DNA of 64,000 nucleotides from Candidatus Omnitrophota bacterium (GCA_015233145.1 JADFYI010000006.1:4514-68513); one strand, 5' to 3'. Numbered from the stretch's first letter, positions 8,311 to 16,089 are shown. Numbers and translations: made by a program. Notes: generated by a model not told the origin, from the sequence alone.

Positions 8311-11300
8311 TTACGGAGCGGGAGTATCCTCTGGTTTGATTCTCATCGGCACATGAAGAATGTATGTCGTTCCTTCTGACACTGTCACTTCATTGACAAG
8401 TTTAATCAGCGGAATTAACCCTGTGGGAAGTGTTTTTATATCAATAGCAATCTTGTGCTTGCCTTCGGAAATATTATTAAAGAAATACGCCCCCTGGGCA
8501 TCGCTCATTTGTTTAACCTTATCATCCAGAATAAACTGCGCCTTGCCAATAAACTGATCCCCCTGATCAGGCTTTCCGTTGCCGTTCTTATCAACAAAAA
8601 CAACGCCGTAAATACCGGAATTTGTTGTGAGGCCAAAATCAACGCCTTCTGTCCGCCAATGCGCAATTTTAACCATAGCAAACGTCGGAGTTGAAAAAAT
8701 AAACCCCTGCGGGACCGTTTCCATAACCGGTGTTATTAAAACCCTCTTGGCGTTGACTTCAGCGCGATAACGGCCCTCAGAATCGGTGGGAACCTCTTTA
8801 TCCCCCACTTTAACCTTGACGCCTTTAACGCCAGGCTCTCCCGGGTCATACCTGCCGTTGCCATTTTTATCTTTAAAAACAATCCCGGCCACAACCCCCG
8901 TAGGATCCCAGCAGGCCGGAGTTCCCCAGGCTGTCTTCATCCCGAAACGGACATCCGCGTCGTTATACGACGGATTTCCCGGAATGAGAGACCAGACATT
9001 TCTTAACCGTCCGTCAAGAAAATAACTTGTATCGTCCGTTGGATTATAATTCAGGCCTGCGGAGCCGGCCAGACTATCCTCCCCGGAGAGAAAACTGTTG
9101 AGCCCTTCAGCGTGAGATTCCTTGCGGTAACTCACGCCTAACGAACCGTTCAAATGCTCCAAAAACTCTTTATTGTAATTAAGGCCTGTATTAAAAACAC
9201 TCGGCGTCAAATGATCGCCGGATAAAAGATCATTAACCCAGGAATATTCATAATTGCCAAAATAAGACACATCAGAAGTCAATGGCACATTAACTCCTGC
9301 GGTTGCTGAGTAGCGGTCATATTCCGAGGCCGGCGCAAAAGCGTACCGGCTCTTTTGATAAGCCCCACCGACATAAACCATGCCCTTTCGGCCTCCCCAA
9401 ATATTAAAATATTGGGACAGCCGCGTATCAAGCGCCAGGTTCCTCCGGGGAGAAAGCTCTTGCTGGGTATCGATATAATGCACATTGGAATCAGATGAAA
9501 GGTCTTTGTTAATAGGCACATGAACTTCCGCGGTGGCATCATAATTAAAACCATCAGGGTTGTTCGGATTAAAATCAAGCCTGTTACGATACGCATCAAC
9601 GCCTGTTGCCACACTAAATTTCTCAAGATTAGCATTCGTGTTCCATATCATGCCCAATTCCCCCTGGTTGGAAGGGGCACTTGTCACAGTCATAAATGAT
9701 TTATCAATGTCCCTGAAACTGAGGCTCGTGGACAAGGCCCCATTACTCCATTTGGCGCCTCCCAAAGACGACAGGGTTTTCTCGTCATGCGCGAGTTCAG
9801 CGTTCAGGGTCACTTTATCAATTTTATGCACTCCTTCAATAGAATACGCCTGTTTGGCCAATGTGACATCCCTTTGCGAACCATACCCTTCAGCATAATT
9901 AAGAGAATAATGATGGTCCATGTCTTCAGGGAAAAGCGTCATTTTAAAGGCATTCACGTACGACTTTCTTGCCGACGAATTTCCCTGGGCAAGAATCCCG
10001 AACACAGGCTGAAGCTTTCCCTGGCTGACAGATAATCCAACCGCGTTCCCCAAAACCTTCGTGTCAACAAACTCACCCCGAAGATACGTACCCGGAAGGG
10101 TCAGCGGCGACAGCCAGCGTGAGGCATCAAAAATACGCACATTCAAATTTTGTGTCCCGGCAACAGGGATGTCGCTTAACCCTATCGTATAAGTCGGGAT
10201 GTCTTTAATGGGATTAAATCCGACCAAGGTGGCTGAAGAATCAAAAATCCCATAAGGCGTTTCGCCGTCAATTCCGACACTCTGCTCAAAATTCAGGCTC
10301 CGGCGGTGCATCTGGGGGATATTGTTGCCATAATAATAAGAACTCCAGTCGTTCGAGTAACTCAGCCGAAAGCGCCGCGAATGTTCAATAGCCTGGTTCC
10401 TCTGAGCCGCCGCCTCTCCCTCTACTTGGGGCAAAACCACCTCCACGTAGATCGTTGAACGCCCGGTATCATCCCAAATATGGAGAAAAACACTGGCTCG
10501 TTTTCGCGGATCGATTTCAATCCGGTCGCGGGATATGCGCTTCACCTCAATAATCCCCTCTTCAACCAGGAGAAATCTCGTAATATTTTTTCCCTCCACA
10601 ATTATCGGGATGCCAAACTGGACACGAAGCGTTGGCCTCGGCTTGGACGATTTTAGAATTTCAGACAAGGAAACAACATCCAGCGGTTTGGCTTTTTTAG
10701 GAGAAACAATAACAGGCTGAGGCTTTTGGGGAACCTCAGGGGCTTTCATTGATGGTTTTGCTTCTGGCGATGGCTTTTTTTCCGGTAGTAGCTGGACTGC
10801 TGAAACAACAGGAGGCGAAATTTCATGACGGGTTAAGGCCTCTGAAACAGCTTTGGGCTCGCTGACAGGCACAGCCCTTTGTTCCTCAATACGCTTAATC
10901 AAATTAATATAATCCAACGGCTCCTGAGCCTTGGGAACCAAAAGATGCGCCGTATAAAAATATTGGATCGCCTTTTGGGAATCGCCGGTGTCGAGGGAAT
11001 CCTTCCCTTTCTTTAACAAATCCTCATAACGTGTGGATTTTAAAAGGTCTTGGGCAGGCTCAGGATTTTGCGGCTCCTGGTCTTTCGAGGCAAACATCCT
11101 TTCGGCTAAAATTTCAAGATACAAATCCGCTTCCTGAGAAGACGAATCGATCTGGCGGGCCCAGCGAAAATAACGAAACGCGGCTTCGTCATCGTTTCTT
11201 TCAAAAGCCTTTTTACCTTCACTAAAATAATATTGGTAGAGATGAGCGGGTTGTGCGAAAGCAGGAGCGCTTGCGGCAAGTGCAAAAAAGAAAAGAAAAA

Positions 11301-11325
11301 CAAAAATCACTCGTCTTGTAGGCAT
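8311..11325 (-). CDS. large multidomain outer-membrane protein: TPR-like N-terminus, P/K-rich linker, CpaC-type pilus-N-like domain, predicted beta-barrel, two C-terminal SdrD-B/carboxypeptidase-regulatory-like repeats
   Basis: The track ORF is 8311..11361 (TTG start). The ATG at 11325 gives MPTRRVIFVFLFFFALAASAPAFA|Q. Track residues 243-309 read TLRVQFGIPIIVEGKNITRFLLVEEGIIEVKRISRDRIEIDPRKRASVFLHIWDDTGRSTIYVEVV. Residues about 330-800 are rich in alternating aromatic/polar strands. Residues 822-1005 hold two GxVFxDKNGNG...D/G repeats. Confidence 0.8.
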   Translation of the reverse strand: MPTRRVIFVFLFFFALAASAPAFAQPAHLYQYYFSEGKKAFERNDDEAAFRYFRWARQIDSSSQEADLYLEILAERMFASKDQEPQNPEPAQDLLKSTRYEDLLKKGKDSLDTGDSQKAIQYFYTAHLLVPKAQEPLDYINLIKRIEEQRAVPVSEPKAVSEALTRHEISPPVVSAVQLLPEKKPSPEAKPSMKAPEVPQKPQPVIVSPKKAKPLDVVSLSEILKSSKPRPTLRVQFGIPIIVEGKNITRFLLVEEGIIEVKRISRDRIEIDPRKRASVFLHIWDDTGRSTIYVEVVLPQVEGEAAAQRNQAIEHSRRFRLSYSNDWSSYYYGNNIPQMHRRSLNFEQSVGIDGETPYGIFDSSATLVGFNPIKDIPTYTIGLSDIPVAGTQNLNVRIFDASRWLSPLTLPGTYLRGEFVDTKVLGNAVGLSVSQGKLQPVFGILAQGNSSARKSYVNAFKMTLFPEDMDHHYSLNYAEGYGSQRDVTLAKQAYSIEGVHKIDKVTLNAELAHDEKTLSSLGGAKWSNGALSTSLSFRDIDKSFMTVTSAPSNQGELGMIWNTNANLEKFSVATGVDAYRNRLDFNPNNPDGFNYDATAEVHVPINKDLSSDSNVHYIDTQQELSPRRNLALDTRLSQYFNIWGGRKGMVYVGGAYQKSRYAFAPASEYDRYSATAGVNVPLTSDVSYFGNYEYSWVNDLLSGDHLTPSVFNTGLNYNKEFLEHLNGSLGVSYRKESHAEGLNSFLSGEDSLAGSAGLNYNPTDDTSYFLDGRLRNVWSLIPGNPSYNDADVRFGMKTAWGTPACWDPTGVVAGIVFKDKNGNGRYDPGEPGVKGVKVKVGDKEVPTDSEGRYRAEVNAKRVLITPVMETVPQGFIFSTPTFAMVKIAHWRTEGVDFGLTTNSGIYGVVFVDKNGNGKPDQGDQFIGKAQFILDDKVKQMSDAQGAYFFNNISEGKHKIAIDIKTLPTGLIPLIKLVNEVTVSEGTTYILHVPMRIKPEDTPAP

Positions 11326-11370
11326 AAATTTTTGATCGATCAAGGAAAAGCCAGCTTGCAACCTGCATGC

Positions 11371-12174
11371 TTAATCTTTCACTGCTGTAATCGTCAGGCT
11401 TCCGGAAACATCTTTCGTAAGCTCTATTTCCTTAACCACAACATCACCATCCTCCAAATCAGCATTGATCACAAGAGAATATTTTCCGGGATTTAACTTT
11501 TGAGGGAGTTCCAAAGCCCAGGATGCTGTCTCGAGCGGAGGGATATAAAGCTTTTTTATTTCTCCGCGGTCAGCCACCATCCCGCCCTCATCCATAGCAT
11601 AATAAGTTGTGTTGGGGATCAACACCACATTGCTTTGATTGGAAAAATCGCCCTTGATAAAATTCCCATCAGCCTTGATATTTAAAAGAGAAGCCTGCTT
11701 GAGCCTGTCTTTAGGTTCCACAAAAAAAAGACACCCCAAGCGGGTCACAACACTCACGCCCGAGGCGTCTCTGATAGGAGGATCCGCCTTCTCAAAAAAA
11801 AGAACCCCATAATGCCCTCCCTCAACCTTTGAAGGGACTGAAATGGTGTAATCCACAACCTGCTTTCCAAAAGCAGGCAAGGTAAACTCCTGAGGTGAAA
11901 AACTGAACCACTGGCTTAAAGACCCTACCCCTGTCCCTGCCGGAAGAAACGCCTTGGAACCGTCATACGGCGACTCATACTTAAAGTCTTCCAGGTAAGC
12001 CTTTACCTTTACGGCATCTGCTGTGGTGTTATGGATTATAAGGGACTTGTTAATACGATCTCCGCCGGAGACCGGCAAAGACACCTTTCCCTGCTCCAGG
12101 AAGAATTGTGCCCTTGCCTCTCCGGCGAAGATCATAAAAACTGCAACTGTTAAAAGGATGATTTTTTTAATCAT
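11371..12174 (-). CDS. secreted two-domain periplasmic protein, candidate PapD-like/DUF916-like chaperone
   Basis: The signal peptide ends ..AGEARA|Q and the mature protein is about 245 aa. The pattern SLIIHNTTADAVKVKAYLED ... FSFSPQEFTLPAFGKQVVDYTISVP ... GGHYGVLFFE ... VVTRLGCLFFVEP resembles an Ig-like chaperone N-domain. This is a pattern-level match only. Confidence 0.7.
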   Translation of the reverse strand: MIKKIILLTVAVFMIFAGEARAQFFLEQGKVSLPVSGGDRINKSLIIHNTTADAVKVKAYLEDFKYESPYDGSKAFLPAGTGVGSLSQWFSFSPQEFTLPAFGKQVVDYTISVPSKVEGGHYGVLFFEKADPPIRDASGVSVVTRLGCLFFVEPKDRLKQASLLNIKADGNFIKGDFSNQSNVVLIPNTTYYAMDEGGMVADRGEIKKLYIPPLETASWALELPQKLNPGKYSLVINADLEDGDVVVKEIELTKDVSGSLTITAVKD

Positions 12175-12193
12175 GCAAAAAACGAATCAATCC

Positions 12194-12820
12194 TTACGGT
12201 GTTGTGGCCGTAACTGAGAGAGTTCCAGTATAAGTGCCAGCCTTATCCGCGTTCGAAAAGACCTCCATATCAGTAGTAAAAGGAGGAACAGCCGTGCTAT
12301 CTCCCGTATTGATACCAACATACATTCTCAACCATCCGCCAGTAATATCTGTCGGAGCAACCGTTGTCCCTGCGAGGTCCTTAAGCATTTTTCTGCCTAA
12401 AGTCAGGCCAGTTTCAGTTGTTGCTGTCCCGGAACCCGTGACCTTCCAAAAGGATGCCGAGGTTTTCCAACCCAAACCATGACCAGTTCCATTAGGATTG
12501 GTTCCTTCAACATACGTCATAGTAACCGTCGGAGCTCCTGTCGTGCCAGAAGACGCAGCATCAATGGCGAAAAAATGATCCGGAAGGAATATGCCGTTCG
12601 TGGTATTGAACGTCATGGGATCAAAGCTTAATGCTGTTCCTGTCACCGCAGTCCAGGCTTTTGTCGTTGAATTAATGCTGGAGGCATTAATGCTGATACT
12701 GCTCGTTAAGGGGATTGTCGCTGATACTGCGAAGTTCTTTGTGAGAGACGCAGCAAAAACGGTCCCGGGGAGCGCGAGCAAAAACAACCCCACTAATGTT
12801 AAACCTAGTAACCTTTTCAT
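12194..12820 (-). CDS. secreted fimbrial-subunit-like protein (paralog 1)
   Basis: The signal peptide ends ..GTVFA|A and a strong SD (aaggag) precedes the start. By eye it is roughly 60% identical to the 14532 protein, with the shared block YVEGTNPNGTGHGLGWK. The C-terminal strand is AGTYTGTLSVTAT. Confidence 0.8.
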   Translation of the reverse strand: MKRLLGLTLVGLFLLALPGTVFAASLTKNFAVSATIPLTSSISINASSINSTTKAWTAVTGTALSFDPMTFNTTNGIFLPDHFFAIDAASSGTTGAPTVTMTYVEGTNPNGTGHGLGWKTSASFWKVTGSGTATTETGLTLGRKMLKDLAGTTVAPTDITGGWLRMYVGINTGDSTAVPPFTTDMEVFSNADKAGTYTGTLSVTATTP

Positions 12821-12855
12821 AACCTACTCCTTTTTTGATGATGTTATTGATAATT

Positions 12856-14286
12856 TCAATTTTGATCTAACGAATATTTTATCGGCGCCAAAAAGTGGCC
12901 GCCGCTCATCTGAGGATACCCCTGCAACCGATAAATCACTTTAAACGACACCGGGCTTCCCTGTCCATCCGAAGAAAAAACCGGATAATCCCCTGTTTCA
13001 GTCGGAGAAAAATCGGTAAACTTCGTCTGGCCTTTTTGCCCGGCAGGGATCTCGACCTTGATTGTAAAATACTCCTTCTTTATCTCCTGACCTTTTTCAT
13101 TGGTCATGGGAGCTTGTAAATTTTGCATCACTTGATAAGGCTTGTGAAGATTGGAGCGAACCGTAACTGATATCTCTTTATCCTCAGGAGGATTCGTCGC
13201 AAGCACATTCGAAAAACTTACGCCCTCTGGAGGAACATCAACATCCAGCGTAAAAACAGGCTGCACCTGGCATTCCAAATTAATCGAAAAATCCTGCCTG
13301 CCTTTATCGGTCTCAACAGTATACTTTAACCTCCCGTTATAAGTCCCGGAATCCTGGGTTTGAAGCTTTAGAGGATCCATGAGAAAATAAACCATGACCC
13401 CGTCTTTGCTCTCGCGCCCGGAATAAAGAAGTTCCTGGGCTTTTCCTAAATCAACCGCATTCGCTGTGCGTAAATTTTTTGAAGATTCGCCGGCCGTATA
13501 AAACTGCAAGACTCCGGGCTTTATTTCATCGCCATTGGAATTCCTGGGCCAGGATTCAATATCCTGATAAATACGAATTTCCTGGCTGCTATTACCCTCA
13601 AACGATATTCTTACAAAATCAAAATGCTTATCCGCAGCGTCAGTATCTTTGACTTTGACCAGATCCGGGGCATGCCCTCCTTGAACCGATACTTTCCAAT
13701 TTGAGGGGCTTTCCACAAACGTGTTAACAATCACCTGATCCTGCGAATTGTCGCCTATCGCGCGGACAGTAAACGCGACCTTGCCCATGAAATTACCGCT
13801 CGTATTGACCAAATCAGGCCTGAGGGAATATCCTACAACAAAAGAATCACTGTCTCCGCTGCGGCCTGAAGTATAAATAAGCTGGTCAGAAAAACTCATC
13901 CGGTCGATGTTCTGCATATAAAGCGTACCGGATGAATTGGAATTCGCATACGTTGCGGTTTCAATGGCCTGCAAATCCAAAGTCTGGCCTTTTTCGTTCA
14001 CAATCGGCTCAAGAACCCTTTGAAAAACCTGATATTGCTTGCCACCCGTGGTTGTGATGCGAACGTGAATTTCCTTCTTGCTGTCCAACCCCTCTGACGT
14101 CGAGGAAAGTCTCAAACTGTTACTGCCGTCAGATGGCGTTACGCTCAAATGAACCGTGGCAAAAGCAGGAACTTCAAAGGCAATAAAAAATAAAAGAACA
14201 AAGGACAACAAACTTTTTAAAATCACGCTGATTCGCTTTTTTATGAAGAGATCGGTTTCTCTCAGTTGGCATACAAAGTATAACAT
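12856..14286 (-). CDS. secreted protein built from three tandem ~130-150-aa subunit-like repeats (candidate adhesin or polymerised subunit)
   Basis: The signal peptide ends ..EVPAFA|T. Repeat signatures are KEIHVRITTTGGKQYQVFQRVLEPIVNEKGQ / QEIRIYQDIESWPRNSNGDEI / KEISVTVRSNLHKPYQVMQNLQAPMTNEKGQ. The terminal strands are GNFMGKVAFTV / GTYNGRLKYTV / GGHFLAPIKYSL. Confidence 0.8.
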   Translation of the reverse strand: MLYFVCQLRETDLFIKKRISVILKSLLSFVLLFFIAFEVPAFATVHLSVTPSDGSNSLRLSSTSEGLDSKKEIHVRITTTGGKQYQVFQRVLEPIVNEKGQTLDLQAIETATYANSNSSGTLYMQNIDRMSFSDQLIYTSGRSGDSDSFVVGYSLRPDLVNTSGNFMGKVAFTVRAIGDNSQDQVIVNTFVESPSNWKVSVQGGHAPDLVKVKDTDAADKHFDFVRISFEGNSSQEIRIYQDIESWPRNSNGDEIKPGVLQFYTAGESSKNLRTANAVDLGKAQELLYSGRESKDGVMVYFLMDPLKLQTQDSGTYNGRLKYTVETDKGRQDFSINLECQVQPVFTLDVDVPPEGVSFSNVLATNPPEDKEISVTVRSNLHKPYQVMQNLQAPMTNEKGQEIKKEYFTIKVEIPAGQKGQTKFTDFSPTETGDYPVFSSDGQGSPVSFKVIYRLQGYPQMSGGHFLAPIKYSLDQN

Positions 14287-14531
14287 ATTAGGAAGTTCTG
14301 TGCAAATTCAAAGAATCTAGAGTTTTGTTCATAATTGGCAGAAGAAAGAAGGCGCCCTCAAACCTTATTAAGAGACCTGATTTTGTCACTAAATCGGCAA
14401 AGCGTCAAGGGTTAATTCTCTTGCATTTTATAAGTAATTTTAGAATAAAAATATGTATGTGGTCTGGTTTGACCGCGACTAATTTTTAGATAAGAAATGA
14501 ATATTATAAAGGTTTAAAAAGGAGAGCATTT

Positions 14532-15149
14532 ATGAAAAAAATACTTGCTTTCATATTAGCCGGGTTGTTTTTACTGGTACAGACGCAAACAGCTTTTGCG
14601 GTGTCTGCCACAAAAACATTCGGTGTATCAGCAACAGTCCCCCTGGCGACAGGGATTACCATTAACGCTTCCAGCGTTAACAGCACGACCCATGCCTTTA
14701 CAGCGGTCACGGGCACTGCGTTAGGTTTTGAGCCCTTGGCTTTCAACAACACCAACAGCATATGGCTTCCGGATCATTATTTTGCCATTGACGTTGGGAC
14801 TTCCGGAGGTGCCGGTGTTCCAACAGTCATCGTAACCTATGTTGAAGGCACTAATCCTAACGGGACAGGGCATGGTTTGGGCTGGAAATCAACTTTGACA
14901 TTTGTCAAAGTTGTGGGAACCACTGAAACAGTTCTGGCGGCCCACGGAAAGAAAATGCTTAAAGATCTTTCCGGTGAAACTGTGGCGTCGACAGAGCTTA
15001 CGGGTGCTTATTTAAGAATGTACTTAGGTGTTGTAGCCAAAGATCCGGCAGCAATCCCGCTTGATCCAGCAACCAGCGAACCGTTCACCAATGCGGACGC
15101 TGCCGGCTCCTACACAGGAAGCCTGACTGTTTCAGCAACTGTTGTCTAG
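14532..15149 (+). CDS. secreted fimbrial-subunit-like protein (paralog 2)
   Basis: An SD (aaaaggagag) precedes the start and the signal peptide ends ..QTAFA|V. The gene is transcribed divergently from the 12856 gene and is a paralog of 12194-12820. The C-terminal strand is AGSYTGSLTVSAT. Confidence 0.85.
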   Translation: MKKILAFILAGLFLLVQTQTAFAVSATKTFGVSATVPLATGITINASSVNSTTHAFTAVTGTALGFEPLAFNNTNSIWLPDHYFAIDVGTSGGAGVPTVIVTYVEGTNPNGTGHGLGWKSTLTFVKVVGTTETVLAAHGKKMLKDLSGETVASTELTGAYLRMYLGVVAKDPAAIPLDPATSEPFTNADAAGSYTGSLTVSATVV

Positions 15150-15181
15150 CCAATGAGGCCATTGGCCTGATGCGGATTCCT

Positions 15182-15207
15182 CCTCCCCGTCGAAAAGACG
15201 GGAGGGG
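15182..15207 (+). terminator. candidate intrinsic terminator after the 14532 gene
   Basis: The hairpin cctccccgtc-gaaaa-gacggg(a)gggg has 6+4 bp with one bulge. Only a short T-run (aatttg) follows it. Confidence 0.35.
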
Positions 15208-15329
15208 GAATTTGTATACCACGGTATTATTGATTCATTGCAAAGCCACTCTTAAAATGAACTTAGCTAAAGGAAGGCTTCCGCCTCAAACTTTAAAAAA
15301 ATTATTACACTCAAACAAAGGAGACTGGG

Positions 15330-15497
15330 ATGTCAAAACATCATCACACAAAGGGATCAAAAAATATTCAAACAAAGGTGGCCTGCGATGACAGCTCCAT
15401 ACAGCTTCGGGCTTACCAGATTTATTGTGAAAAAGGAGGGTTTGCCCTGGATAACTGGCTGGAAGCAGAAAAATCTTTAAAAAACAATCCAAGTTAA
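15330..15497 (+). CDS. DUF2934-like small protein (55 aa, below the ORF-track cutoff)
   Basis: An SD (aaggag) lies 7 nt upstream of the ATG. Translation gives MSKHHHTKGSKNIQTKVACDDSSIQLRAYQIYCEKGGFALDNWLEAEKSLKNNPS*. The core RAYQIY-x-E-x-G-x4-D-x-WL-x-AE fits the DUF2934 pattern as I remember it. Confidence 0.5.
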   Translation: MSKHHHTKGSKNIQTKVACDDSSIQLRAYQIYCEKGGFALDNWLEAEKSLKNNPS

Positions 15498-15522
15498 AAC
15501 TTCTTAAAAAGAGTCAACGGTC

Positions 15523-16089
15523 ATGGAAAGTACTTCTCACAAAGAACAACACCGCACGAATCGAATTGGCTGGCTGCGGGCAGCGGTGTTAGGCGCTAAC
15601 GACGGGATATTATCAACCGCAAGTCTTACTGTTGGTGTTGCCGGCCTGGTTGCAGGGGCAATGTCTATGGCCGCGGGTGAATATGTTTCCGTGAGCTCTC
15701 AAGCTGATACCGAGAAGGCAGACCTGTTGCGCGAGCGCAAAGAACTTAAGGAAGATGACGCGGGCGAACACCGAGAACTCGCTTCAATCTACGTGAAGCG
15801 AGGCCTGGACCCAGCGCTTGCAAAACAGGTTGCCAAAGAATTGATGGCAAAAGACGCCTTGGGAGCTCATGCCCGAGATGAGCTCGGTATTTCTGTTAAT
15901 TTTACGGCTCGTCCGGTACAGGCGGCGCTGGCGACTACACTTGTTTTTCTGGCTGCCCTGGGCGTCCTGGCCGCGCTTGCCGGCGGAGCGCCCATAATAA
16001 GATCAGCTATTCGCGTTACATTTTGGGGGGCGCTGGCCATGGGGCTGACAGCTGTGGTAGGGGCTTTATTTGGAACAATGAGTCACTAG
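15523..16089 (+). CDS. VIT1/CCC1-family iron/manganese transporter homolog, unusually short
   Basis: Family motifs WLRAAVLGANDGILSTASL, MAAGEYVSVSSQADTE and VTFWGALAMGLTAVVGALFG are present. The protein is 188 aa, whereas I expect about 230 aa for this family. Confidence 0.8.
   Translation: MESTSHKEQHRTNRIGWLRAAVLGANDGILSTASLTVGVAGLVAGAMSMAAGEYVSVSSQADTEKADLLRERKELKEDDAGEHRELASIYVKRGLDPALAKQVAKELMAKDALGAHARDELGISVNFTARPVQAALATTLVFLAALGVLAALAGGAPIIRSAIRVTFWGALAMGLTAVVGALFGTMSH

Noticed and set aside
12591-12944. A plus-strand ORF here and a minus-strand ORF at 14504-14761 give mutually similar peptides (..GSKLNAVPVTAVQAFVVELMLEALML.. vs ..GSKPNAVPVTAVKAWVVLLTLEALMV..).
   Set aside because: They are the antisense translations of the two subunit paralogs. 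Their similarity only mirrors the sense-strand paralogy.
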